From Lama glama (lineage: Eukaryota), in NCBI GenBank assembly GCA_028534125.1, contig CM052817.1, positions 3,784,001-3,848,000 of the forward strand: a stretch of DNA of 64,000 bases. The letters run 5' to 3'. Positions 1-12,484 of the stretch are shown here, one piece after another. Every line of letters starts with the position of its first letter. Within the stretch, counting starts at the first letter, position 1. The position numbers and the translations under genes were made by a program. Under the pieces are notes generated by a model that worked only from the letters and a program-made list of their open reading frames with translations, was not told the DNA's origin and searched no databases.

Positions 1-1760
1 GACAGGCACCATGAGAGTGAAAAGGCACAGATTCTAGTCCCAGTCTGGCCCCAAACTGTCCCTTAAGGCTCTCTCAACCTTTCTGCACCTCAGATGAATC
101 TGAAGCAAGCTCCGCCCTGGCCCCGAACATAAGTGACGCTGCTGAGGCCCACAGCAGCCGGCCTCTCAGCTCAGTGTCCTCTGAGGACGTCACTGGCAGC
201 TAAGACCTTCCGAGACAACCCAGAACTCTGTAACATCAATACATCAACATACTAGAAAGCGAAGGAATATGGCAGTGGTATGATGCAGAATCTCGCTTCT
301 TTCCTCTTTTTCTTTCTTCCCCATCTGGAACCAGGTAAAATACAAAGTACGTGAAGGAACATTTAAGGATGAAAAGTGGGGCAAGAAACAAACAGGTAAA
401 GCTAACAACATTGTTTCTTTGTTCCGAGCAGTTCACATTTCAGTGTTTCCATGGGATTCAATGCATGTCTCTTTAAGGACCCCCAGGCAAGCTAATCACT
501 GCAGTGACTCTTCAGTCCCCTGGGGGCTTCCCCCCACCACTTGCGCACAGGTCCACACCTGGGCACAGACCGGCCACCAGTAAGGCATGATCCTAGCCAC
601 GAGGAGCTTGTAATCTAACAAGAGAAAGTACATAAATAACTCATGAAAAATAGCAAGTGCAATTAAAAAAAAAGAGGCATAAAGCACATAAAAATTATAA
701 GAAGGGAGAAATGACTTCTGATGTGGGTGGGGGTGGAGCAGGGGAGAGAAGAGGAATGAGGGACGCAGCAGTGAAGGAAATGGGAGCTGACGGGGCCTCA
801 CGGTGTGGGCAGGACCCAGAGGGGCCCAAGATGGGTGGGCTGTGCAGGAGGACAGAGGGGAGGGAGGGGACACGCTGCTGCTCTCCGGCTACAGGTGGCG
901 GGACTTCTAAACACCTCTAGTGGTCTTTTTAATAAACTGCCCCTGGAACAAAGCCAGGCACTGCCGCATCAAATAGTGGCTGAGAAATGGGCTGATTGCT
1001 ATGCTTTTTGGTCAAACAGGTTACAGCCTTAAATGTTATTTCTTGTAAACTCAATTTAAACTCAAATGACTTCTTAGGAATAATCAAATGGTATAGTGAC
1101 TCCCATTAACAAAAAGATCATTGTTAGCCTCACTTGATAGACTTACCCGTGTAATTCACGTAGCTTCAGGAATATGCACTTTGTATAAAGCAAGGTAACA
1201 TCTGTTCTGTAGAAGTTACTTTTTGCATTCGGATTGTGGGTTAATTTTTACACATACTACAATATATTTTAGAGAATTCTATATAGATATAATTTATTTT
1301 ACATAAAAAACATAAGTTTCAATGAAGGAATCAATGTTTCAGAGGCAGATGGGCTTGCTACTTAAAGAAACCCTTCCCTGCCACTTCTGAAGAGCAAAGG
1401 GCCTTCTGAAGAAGAAACAACCACCTCCTGATTCACTGACTTTGAGAGCTGGAGCACTCACATATTAGATTTTGCTTTAAGCATAGTACATGCACATTAA
1501 GACATCACATAAAAATCTTATATCCTGTGATTTATTTAAAAATGTCTTTTCTCTGCAGAAAATGTCTGTCTAGTTCAAATTTATAAATATCAAATCCATT
1601 TTAAGTCCTTATGTAAAATCGTAAGAATCCTAAGTTTTATGACATTTAAGCCAAAGTCCCAATAATTTAACCCAAAACTTCACTGCCTGAAATGGCTGTT
1701 CTTTAAGATTAAAGTCTGATCAAATCCTTTTATCAAATACCAATACATACTGACACATAC

Positions 1761-4700
1761 CTCATCCAGCTGTCCTGAAGAAGCTGGGTTATCTTCATAA
1801 GCAGGCAACTGACAACCTGCTTTGCAACTGCAAAAATTATTAATTTCTTCCTCACATTGTGCCATTATTTTACAATTTGCTTCTGAGCTTTCTAGATCAA
1901 TTTCCAGAGCGTCATTCATGTTACACTCCAAACACGGATTCTGCTTTCCTCCTGGCAGAATCCCAGCTGATTCCTCCTGGGAATCCAGTGATGTCTGAGC
2001 ACTCTTTTCCATTCCGGACTTTTTTAACCTGGGAAGGAATTTTCCAGACTCAAGCTCTAATTTTCCATAGTAATGGCCTTCTTTCTCTGCATCTTCTTCC
2101 AGTGGTTTGAGATCTGCCTGTGGATCTTCAAATGCATCAACTTGAGAAGGAATGGGAATGGTTGCTTCATCTTTTTCAGATTCAAATTCTGACTCGCTTC
2201 CTCCTCCTGGGGACAGTTCAGATGCAGAAATTGGGCGAAAGTGAGTCCGAGGAGAGATCCGGATAGCCCTGTACTGTGTTCTGTCAACGCCACATATCCT
2301 GGGGTGGAAAACTTCACTGTCTGAATCAGAGCAGAGGATTGATTTCGGTTTAAAACTAGGGCTGAAAGATGCAATCCCTTCAGGTTCAAATGAACATTCT
2401 ACATGAAGAACTTGTGAAAATGGATTGCTTAAGTCAAAGGAAGAGAACGAATATTCAAGTCCAGGATCTTCAACTTGAAAGTTACCACAAGCTCCTAGTA
2501 AGTCTTCATGGAAGATAAAAGAAAATCCCTTATTCAACCCATTTTCCCCAGTCTTCGGCTGATCATTCTGTTCAAATGACATGAAGGGCTTCCATAACTG
2601 CCTGTGGCCAGGAGCAAAGCTGTTCCCTGGGGTCATAAAGACATCTGTACCAGCTATTGTCACCACGTCAGAAGCTGCACACTGTAACAAACTTCCTTTC
2701 GTGTGGCTGGGCGGCACGACTGCCCACTCCCCATCGCTGTTAAAGGATTTGAGCTCTCCATAAACTCCTCCGAGAATGAAGGAGTTCTCTTTATCCTGGG
2801 CCACATCCCAAGGTTTAGAGGGGGTGGTATAATCACCGCCGTCCACCTTTGACAGCTCACCAGAAACAAAAGCCCCCTTCTCCAGGTTCTCCTTCTGCCC
2901 CTCCCACAGGTGGTACTCTGATCTCTGCACGGCCTTACTGGGCTCCTGGAGCGGCTCCACTTCAGCTTCGGCGTCCAAACAGCAGCAGTAGTTATTTACA
3001 TCTGTCGAAAACAACTCGTCATCAATTCTCTCTGTTTCTACCGCAGCTACAGAGTTTCTGTCTGCCATCTTTGTCCAAATGTCTTTAATTACCCCTGAGC
3101 TGTAGCCATCTCCATGCGGACTGCTTTCACTACAAACCTGTGTAGCTTCAAAGGTTTTGTTTTCTGGTTTTTGTTCCAGCTGAATACCACAGACAGATTC
3201 TAGTTTAGATTTTTTTTTGAAAACCAACGTCGGAATTTCTCCTAAAGTTCTGTTTTGCTGGCAAGTTTCATCTTGCAAAAAATCTAGAAGTTCTTCATCT
3301 ACATAATTTGACGAGACTCTAGGAACTACATAATTAATATCATCTGCGTTAAACTGTGTGGGTTCTTCAAACTGAATATTTAATGTCTCATTGTCTGAAC
3401 GTGTTTCTTCTGAATGGGACCATGGACTACAAGTTCTCGTTGAAAGATTAGAACAGTGTTCGTTTTCTTCAAAGGCACTATTTTTGGTCCATATTAGCAA
3501 TCTAGACTGTGTTTTCCCAAGCATATTAGCACTAGAATCTGTATTTTCATTTCCCAAGTTGAGTGTTTCAAAAGAAAATGGTAAAACAGAATTACTGCAT
3601 TGCACTTCAAACACTGAAAAACAAGAGTTTATGCCAGATCCTTCATTAATATCTGAAAAGAGCTCTTGATTGCCAGCAAGCAAATGCGGACTGAGCGCTG
3701 TGCTGTCTAAGATCGGGGAGAGTCTAATAGGAGAGTCTCCTCCAAAGCTCTCTCCATCGGCATCGCCAGAGCTGGACGAACAGCACTCCCAAAACTGAGC
3801 CAGATTGCCAAGGTCTTGTAGGAAGAAGCCCTCGGCGCCCACAGAGCTGGTGGAATCTGTCCATATTGCACGTTCCCCTTGCAACTCCATTCCATCTAAC
3901 ACTATGCAACATTCTGCCTCAAAATCTGTTTTCTCTTTGCTTTTCTGTCGAATCATATTCAAAATCCGACTTTCTCCTTGCATTGTTTCTGAGGCACCAG
4001 GATCCAACATGGATTGGTCAATATCCACTTCATAGAAGTGCGTTAATTCTGACAGATGAATATCATCCAAGTATCTGTTGTCCTCTGGTAGAGAACAGAA
4101 TGAGGTCCCAGTGAGGTCAAGGTCCTCATTTATAACTGCAGGCATTTCTACAAAATGACCATCAATGAAAGTACCCGCTGCGAGGTATGTTTTATGAATA
4201 TTATTGTTGCTGATACACAGACCGTGCACTGATTCAGACAATTCATCTACTGCCTCAGTTGTCAGATCACTTGTGTCTTGTCTGTTTCGGTATGTGGTCT
4301 CTAGTTTACTTTTTCTGCTCAAAGGAACAAAATACTCCGCAATCGGCTCGGTGTACCACAGCGGCTCCTCCTTGTACTCTCTGTCGTTCCTGCTCTCTGC
4401 GCACAGGTCCCTCCCCTCGATGCTCCCAGTGTCTCTTCGCCCCGGCTCCTTCAGCGGCCTCCTGCCCCGCCTGCACAGCTGCTTGACGGACCCGCTGCTG
4501 CTGCTGCTGCCGCCCCCGGCCTGCAGGCTTCTCTCTGCCTTCTCACTGTGCTTCAGTGAGAGCCTGCTCTGCCCGTTCCGCCCTTTTTTGTTTCGAATTT
4601 CCCGTGTCTTGTGTCTCACTTTCACGCACTTCATGGATGCTTTCAGCTCTCCCTGGTTACCACTTGAGCTCGAGCCTGCCTCGCTGGAGCCGGAAGACCA

Positions 4701-5043
4701 GGAGCGAGGGCGGCCCTTCCCTTCGGGCTTGTGTCGGGTCTGCTTTCTGTACAGAGCAGGCTTCTCTGCACCTGTGCCGTCCCTAAACGTGGTCTCCTTC
4801 TCGCTGTGACTTTTGCTCTGGGCCTTCTCGTGCACGGTGTTGGGCACGTCACTGCGTCTCTCCTTGGTGGCCTCACCTTCGCTGTTGCAGTCCTTGGGGG
4901 AGGACGTGTCTGTGCTAGCTGGCGGGGCTGTGGATGACGAAGAAGAGCTAGAGTAAGAACAGACTTTAGACTTGTTCCACACAGTCATGATTTCTTGCAG
5001 GCAAACTGGTTTCTCAGAAAGTGGTGGGAATGCTTCATAGTAC
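1761..5043 (-). CDS. KIAA0232: KIAA0232 giant coding exon (3283 nt, phase 2-0), Ser/Glu/Asp-rich region (DUF4603 family protein as recalled)
   Basis: Core of the 1124-aa ORF 1680..5054; acceptor cttgtttttcag|G TAC TAT GAA and donor GAT GAG|gtatgt. Cumulative CDS 231+138+67+82+3283=3801 nt, open throughout; gene continues beyond the left edge. Confidence 0.97.
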
Positions 5044-5339
5044 CTGAAAAACAAGTAGAGAATTCAAAAGTGGGCACTCAGATGTATCAGATACAGTAAA
5101 ACAACATCACCAATCAGAGAAATGGGATATTTCATCTCAGAAGTCAATGTTTACATCGTCCATGAATTACTAACTTAAACAATTAATAATACAGTAAAAT
5201 ATGTCTTATATTTAGTTCTATGGATCAAGCACCTTTATGTTCAGCACTGGGATAAGCATTATAAGGGTATTTAGAAGACATGCAAGGGACGTGTTTAGTG
5301 TTTGGATTCTAACTAAGAAGTCACAAATGAGAGACATAA

Positions 5340-5740
5340 CACAGTGGAGAGAATGTAATCTTTTGATAAGAGATATGTGGATTTGAACCTCAGCTCAGTC
5401 ACTGACTGTGCCTGTGACTTTGAGCTAATCATGTGGTGTCTCAGTCCATTTCCTCAACTGTAAAATGGTGGTAGTATGACTTACCTCACAAGGCTGTTGT
5501 GAGCACTGGAAACAGGTGTAGGTGAAAAGCTGGATAACAAAGCAGTCGAGAGCATGAGCTCTGAAGCCACACTCCCTAAGTTTGAATCCTGACTTTGCCA
5601 CTTACTAGCTGTGTGACCTTAGGCATGGTCCTTAACCTCTCTGTGGCCTACAAAATGGGGTAATAGTATCTGCCTTGGAGAGCTGTCAGTAAAGGCATTA
5701 ATATGCGAAATGAGACAGAGAGCACCCCAGTGATTACTGC
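5340..5740 (+). mobile_element. Two adjacent MIR SINEs
   Basis: MIR cores: gtttgaatcctgactttgccacttactagctgtgtgaccttaggca and tttcctcaactgtaaaatgg. Confidence 0.75.
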
Positions 5741-6188
5741 TGCTATCATGGCCTTTTCCCAGGAGGCCAGGGCAATGCCCAGCATCAAGCAGGCCCTCAG
5801 AAATGGCAGGGGTCATGGTATTCAAGTGCTCAGAAAAGAGGGTGCTGGTGAGGCCTAGAACAATTAGAGAAAGTGGACCACAGTGGAGCCTTCAAGTGTC
5901 AGCCATGCAGCAGTTTGGTGAGTACTGTGAGGCCTGGGACCCTGTGTGAGGACACGAAGATGCTGTGCTCATGGAACTGAAGCCCCACTAGACCAACAAC
6001 TGCTGGAAATGCAGGGCAGGACAACCAGGAAGGCTGGTTTCAGAGGGCTTGAAAACAAGAAAGAAGAGTTTGCAAGAAACTAGTAGCCATTGAAGGTTTC
6101 AGAGCAAGACAGCCTGCCAAAGGAAGACTCGAGAGTCAGTCTGGCTACCAAGGTGGCCTAGACTCGACTCTCCTTTTCAGTCTATACC

Positions 6189-6499
6189 AGCACTGTCCAA
6201 TAGAAATGTATTGTGAGCTTCACAAGTAATTTTCAATGTTCTGGGAGTCCCAATAGAAGTGTAAGAAGAAACTGGTGAAATTAATTTCAACAGTGTATTT
6301 CACTTAACCAAATATATCCACATTAGCATTTCATATGTAATCAATATTTTAAAATACTAATGCAATATTTTATATTCTTTTCTATATGAAGTCTGAACTC
6401 TGGTGAGTATAACACATACAGCACATCTCAATTTGAAGCAGCCATATCTCAAATGGTCAACAGGCACACACAGCTGTGGTTACCATGCTGGACAGAGCA
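6189..6499. mobile_element. hAT-Charlie MITE (MER33-like)
   Basis: cagcactgtccaatagaaat...ggtgaaattaatttcaac...ttaccatgctggacagagca; inverted ends ctgtcca/tggacag. Confidence 0.75.
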
Positions 6500-7019
6500 T
6501 GCAACACAACCAACTGAATGCTGTTTTTCCCTTAAGACTTAGGAGTTCATAAGATTCAAATAAAATGTATAATAAGGAAGTCTGCTTACAGTGCGGCCAA
6601 TTTTAATACTAGCCATTTACAGAGAAAGACAGAAAAGCATCTTCAGGAAACAAGTCTGACGAGGTCATTGACTTGCTTGGCTTCCTTGTGTGTAAAACAA
6701 GAACAAGCATAATTTCTCACCACTGTCTCAGAGGACTGGCGTGGATGTCAAAGGTCATATATGAATGGATCATAAATAACAACCTTGCTTGTCTGATTGG
6801 TTCATTTCAAACACTGATTTAACATGTCTAAAAAGGAAAAGACCGTCTTACTCACCTTCGAATTCTCAGTGTCAAGTACACAATACGTGCTCAATAAATG
6901 TTTCCTGGGTTATAAAATATCAAACTAAACAGAAGATGACAAACACTGTAAACCATGCAGCAGTCATTAGTCTGATTTTAACAAATGCACACTTTATTAC
7001 TGAGTACAAGCTTACATAC

Positions 7020-7101
7020 ATTTCCACTTGATCCTTTGCTGTAGGGGATAATTCTGCCTCTGGAGAGGGAGACCCCTCTAATTTTTTGTGAATCTTCTCT
7101 T
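7020..7101 (-). CDS. KIAA0232: KIAA0232 fourth coding exon (82 nt, phase 1-2)
   Basis: ttcataacag|AA GAG AAG ATT CAC ... GTG GAA AT|gtatgt; (E)EKIHKKLEGSPSPEAELSPTAKDQVE(M); phases fit both neighbours. Confidence 0.95.
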
Positions 7102-8263
7102 CTGTTATGAAACAAAAATTCAGAAAGATTTGTCTTATATCTAGTAATGCTTGTGATTTTACAAGTTTCTCAAGTAAATTTAATCAGGAATTAAACAGGT
7201 TTTTGTGGCTTAAAAAGAACTCTATACCAGTTTGCCATTTCAATAAAAATCTCTCTCTTCAGTGTGCCAGAGGGAATTCTCTGGCTAAACTACATCAGCA
7301 TTGGGCTGAGAGCTGAGAGGAGTTCATCTCAGCACTGACAGTGCTCTGGAGGTACTTAATTACCAGACTGAAATCCCCTGGGTACCTATTAATTACACCA
7401 GAAGGAGAGAACATCTATTTAGATTCCAAAAATACTTTCTCACAAAATTCTGCACTCACGGACTTTATATTGCCTCATCTTGACTAATACTAACATGAAA
7501 GAAAGTTATTACAATTAGCTCTGTTACTAGGTGAGCAAGGGCTGTGTTTCAACCAAAATAGAAGCAAAGGGCTATACTCTTAGCTTAGCTCATGATACTG
7601 ACCTCAGATTAGAAACAAATAAACTGCGCCCTTGAAAGGCAGGCTCACGGCTTGCTGGACCGCAAAATAACCACGAAGAGGACGTGGGAAATAAAGATCC
7701 TTAACTTAACAGGTAACTTCCATTCTACAGGCTTGCAGAGAAGTTGGGAAAAGCAGCTGTGAGGGTGATTCATGAACCAAAATGACTTAATGAGTTTGTC
7801 AAGTCTGCCTGCCCCAAAACTTCCAGAGTCAAGGCAGAAGTTCCTTCCAAACCTGTAATGATTAGTTTTGACACCTTTGGAGGCCTTGATGTCAACAGGC
7901 AGATATTAATTAGGGTGTGTGTGGGGAGGGATGGGAAAGAGAAGAGATTATTGCTCCTGATCCCTGGGCTTCAATCTGAACAAAAAGAGAAGTCTCCTCT
8001 CCCTGAGGGCACCTGTGGATTAAGTCACTCCTCTGAGAACAGGGATGTATCTACGAGTGATGGTGGAGGGAGGGCTGACCCAGAAGCCACTTACAGATAG
8101 AGAGACACTGCCTGATACCAGGCCCCGGCCCCATGACACACCGAATACAAAGGCTTTGTTCCTGCTGCCTTTCCTTTTGGATCAATTCTATTTCCCCCAA
8201 TCAAACTCCTTGTTGACTAGATCCTACTGCACACAGACAGCCTTTTGGAAGCGGTGCTCTCAC

Positions 8264-8330
8264 CTTGCTTACTCTGAAGGTCTTTCAGCCTGGAGCAGAG
8301 CTCCTCCACTAAAGTCTCGATACCAGAGCT
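8264..8330 (-). CDS. KIAA0232: KIAA0232 third coding exon (67 nt, phase 0-1)
   Basis: tgttctcatgcag|AGC TCT GGT ATC GAG ... AAG CAA G|gtgaga; SSGIETLVEELCSRLKDLQSKQ. Too short for the ORF track; found by reading. Confidence 0.95.
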
Positions 8331-11300
8331 CTGCATGAGAACAAAACACACGTTAGTTTACTGCCAGGTATGCACAAGTCAGGGATTTGTATACTCTTGT
8401 TTTAGTACAAAAGTTTTACAAATCTTCCATGTTTCAAAAGAAATACATTATCAATATTTAAATGAACACAAGTTTAAAAATTACAGGCTTGCAGATCCAA
8501 TTAAGTATAAATATTTTACTAATAAAGTATATTCAAAGGCACCTACTAATAAAAAGCGAAACTATCAATGTACCTCCCAGACAGATTCTGTCTTCCCAGG
8601 GATGTAGCATCTTGCCCACAGGGAAGCCTAAGGACCTAAACGCCCATCTTATGGTTAAGTCAGTCACCATCGAAAGCAGCATTCTGTATCTGTGGAGCAA
8701 GTGCTTGTAACCAGATTCAGTACAAATTAAAATCACAAAAATCTCACTGTGGGCCTCTAGGAGCTCATGGTCTGAAGAAAGCAAGGTGATTTTTTTTCTC
8801 TTTTAAAGTGCACACTCGTGACTGGAACAGAAACAGCAGACAGAAAATATACATCGTTACCGTGAACAAATGTGAAAGCTGTACTTCAAGGGTCATGAAC
8901 AGGGCATTAGCCTCTGCACAGACCTGGGGTAAAATGCAAGAAGAGCACGTAGAGAGTCTGAAATCGGGAGGATGAGAGTAAGAGCCAAATTCTGAAGAAA
9001 AATGAGTGCTGGAAACAGGCATGAACAAATCTTCCACCACGCCGACTGCAAACTTCTAAAATTCTCTATTTCTCACAGGGGGAAGAAAGATCTTTTACAA
9101 GGAACAAAAAAAGTGAATGTACTTCCTAGGAACTTCACATTTATTCAGTGGCTGAAAGTCCTATGTAATGTGGAATTGAGTCTCTCGGCGGGCACGATCC
9201 AAACAGATGCACAGGACTCTGCTCGCCCGCGGCCCTCAGAGGGCCTTGAGGGGCTAAAAATAGAACGTTACCCCATTCACTTCCCTCAGAATGACTCAGC
9301 ACAAGTACTAGAGAAATCCTAAACAAGAAACCGCACATTACACAGTTTGAGCAGTGAGAAAAATTACCATGAAAACGATTAATTATAAACACTGACAGTC
9401 ACATTCCATTCACGTCATATCGCAGCTTTTACTAGGAGAAAGGACAGGAGAAGAAAGGGAAATGGGCCAGAGAAGAGCTGTCCTTTCCTTAAAAACACTC
9501 TTAAAAACCATGGTAAATACTAGTCACAAACCCAGCTCTGACTACACAATTCTATTGGAGAGACTTGGCTTACCATAATGTTCAAGGTGTGATGAGTATG
9601 GCCGTTTTATTCCACTTCCTCCAGGCCGTGAACCTAACACCGGCGTCAGCTGACACGCGGCTGCACGCTTTCCTATACAGCCAGTCTGTGTCCCTGTGTT
9701 TCTAAACCTGGTGCCAGTCTCCAGGGCAGAGCACCGAGCCCCTAGGGATCGCTTATTCCACTCCGCTCAGTGCTCTGAAGCGGCGGGCTGTTTACAGGTC
9801 TCCATGGAACAATCACCACAACCTAGTCAACAGATACTATTTTTTACGCCTCATCTTGGAAATTACCTTCACGCAACTATAACTTCAGTTGTTCTGGACA
9901 GTTAACGCAGCTTAGGAGTATACACGTTGCTGTCAAACATAAACGGAAAAGCAACAACGGGCTTACTCCTGATCTCTGTGACCAAGAGCAAGCTCTACCC
10001 ACACCAGGCCTCTGCCTTTCTTCCTTGATTCCTGCAGCATCCTACATACACATACACATATACATATATAAATAAAAATTGTTAGACCACTGGGTTCCCG
10101 TAATAGCAAACTGAAAAACTAAAGGGGGTAGCAAAAGCAGCACTGTACATTGTCATCTTATGGCAGCTGTTCTGAGGTGTTGATTTGCTGTTAATGAGAA
10201 GTTTTACTTACTTTCCCAATTATGATATAAACTACTAGATAAGTTTAATGATCATATTTTAATAGTATACCATATCCACAGGGGCATTCAAGAATACAAA
10301 GAGACTGCAGTATCTTAAGAAAGAGGAAGTACATTACACCCACATTTTAGGGAGAACTCTACAGAACATGTTGTAGGTGAAAAAAAATACCAACATTCTA
10401 CCACTGAATTCATGAATTGTTTTCTCAACTGTAAAATGGATATTACCCACTTGCCCCTCAGAATCAAACTAACATGCAACAGTGCTCTGCAAACCGTAAG
10501 AGTGCTCTAAAGTTCACGTTATGCTCCCCGGGTCTGAACGCGTGGAGCTGCGCGCACACAGGGACTGCGCGGCGCAGCAGCGGGCCGGGAAGCAGTCTTC
10601 CAGGTGCACGGCCGTCCACTGGTTTCTCTCTCTCTCACCCTGTCAACAAATGGTCAGGGGCCCCCAGTGTGCCAGGCAGGACACCCGGGGAGACAAGCTC
10701 CCTGCCCTCATGGAGGCTACACTCTAATAACCCTTACTTCTCCAAGGAGATGGCCAGGAGGAATGGATGCGGGTCTGCACTCCCACCCTGCCGCATACTC
10801 CCCGGGCAGCAGGCTGTGGGCCTCTCCCTGTCTCTGAACACCTGCCTCTCAAGAAGCCCGCGCATAAACTAAGAAGATGAACGTGTGAGGCACCCATGAG
10901 AATGCCTGTCATATCAGTCACCTAAACACTGGTGCCTTCTCTAGATTTTGCGTATGTTTTTGATTTTCCAAAGTCTCATATTGGGATTCATTGCTTTTGA
11001 AAAGCCTTGAATTTCTGCTGCTATTTGAGCTGGAGGCTGGAGGAGGAAGAAACATAACTCATCTGACCCAGATAACCCAGAGGCCCCTGGATTCTGCCTG
11101 GGCTCTGGGTGCTGGCACTGCCGCGTCCCCTCCCCTGGGCTGCAGGCTGGAGTCAGACCCTCCCGTGATGGTGGAGACGGAGCCTGCGTCAAACACTGCA
11201 GCCACTGTCCCACTGCTTCTGGGAGTCTTGTGTGTTCCCAGACACATTTCTGTCATTTCCCATCCCACAGCATTTCCAGTGCTTCTCCATCCTCCCTGCC

Positions 11301-12214
11301 TCCCATCCTGCTCAACCAATGACCTTAATCATTAGGATAAAGAAAACAAAGGCAAGCTGATTTATTTTGCCTCGTTTCCTCTCCTCTCCATATTCAAAGG
11401 TTTCTGCAGCTATATGAGTCATCTCAAAGGTTAATCCTCTATGGAGAACCCTTTTGGACTGGATATGCTCCAATACTGGACAGGTACTCCCACACCAGCC
11501 TTGTGATCACTAAGCAGCATGATCCTCAGGGACATTCAACGGCCCGTTCCATTCAGGGGCGGCAAGGTGGGAGTCAAAAAGAACTGGGTTTGACTTTCAC
11601 CCCAGAGTTAGCCACATGACTAGTGAGCCATAAGTCACTCACCTATTGAAGCCTCACTTTTCACAGCTGGAAAACAGTGCGAATACCACTGACACAACTC
11701 CTAATAGTCGGTTTGGGGGCTTCTTGCGTCAGTCCCCTCATTTCTTTTTTCTCTCGCATTTACAATTTCTTCATTTTTTGGTTCCTCCTTCTGGGAGATT
11801 TCCTCAGCTGTATCTTCCAATCCTTCTGTTGAGTCTTTTCATATTACTATTTTTCAAATTTTCAAGAGATCATCTTGTCCCTTGAGTATTTCTTCTTTGC
11901 AGCAAGCTTTTCCTCAGAGAGAAATTCCCCGTCTTCAGAGTTCTGGCAGCCAGGCAGAAGAAAGGGGTGGGGATTCCCCAGTCAATTTGCCAACTTTCAT
12001 TTGGCCCCCAATGTTCATTATGGGATCTCATGATTTCCCTCAGAGGTGCCCAGTGTCCTAAGCCTGTCTGTTTTCCATCTCTCCAGAAAGTACCTGCCAG
12101 GATGGGGAAAGCCTATCCTTTGGGGCCCCAGGGAACCATGTCTCCTCCCTAGTGCAGGCTCCTCTCACAAGTCTGCTGGGATTCCTCAGTGAGACACTAC
12201 CAAGTGTGAAGCAT

Positions 12215-12484
12215 GCCCTCCTGGGCTCCCCTGCCAGGTGCAGAAGCCTAAACGAGCCATGTAGAGAAGGTGGCTGAGCTGCCAGACAAGTGAAAAGAGC
12301 AATCCTGGATGTTCCAGTCCCAGCTACCACTGACTGCGACAGCATGAGACCTCAGACAGGACCAGCCAAAGAACCTCCCAGCCGAGCCCTAGCCAACCCA
12401 CAGGACTGTGAGCAGCTAAAATGGCTGCTGCTGTCAGTCATTAAGTTTTGGGGTACCCTGTCATGCAGCAATAACCAAGGAACA
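12215..12484 (+). mobile_element. MaLR LTR (MLT1-like) 3' part
   Basis: atcctggatgttccagtccca...ttaagttttggggt...tcatgcagcaataaccaaggaaca. Confidence 0.65.

Noticed and set aside
4204..4809. 201-aa antisense ORF overlapping the giant exon
   Set aside because: Mirror frame of a GC-rich coding segment with a non-ATG start; no independent coding signal.
1680..5054. 1124-aa ORF as a standalone single-exon gene
   Set aside because: Both ends (MFFR and VCVSMY...) are intronic read-through past clear splice sites; it is an internal KIAA0232 exon.
8630..8644. 15-mer aaggacctaaacgcc repeated at 55980-55994
   Set aside because: A couple of 15-nt matches are expected by chance in 64 kb; no extension.
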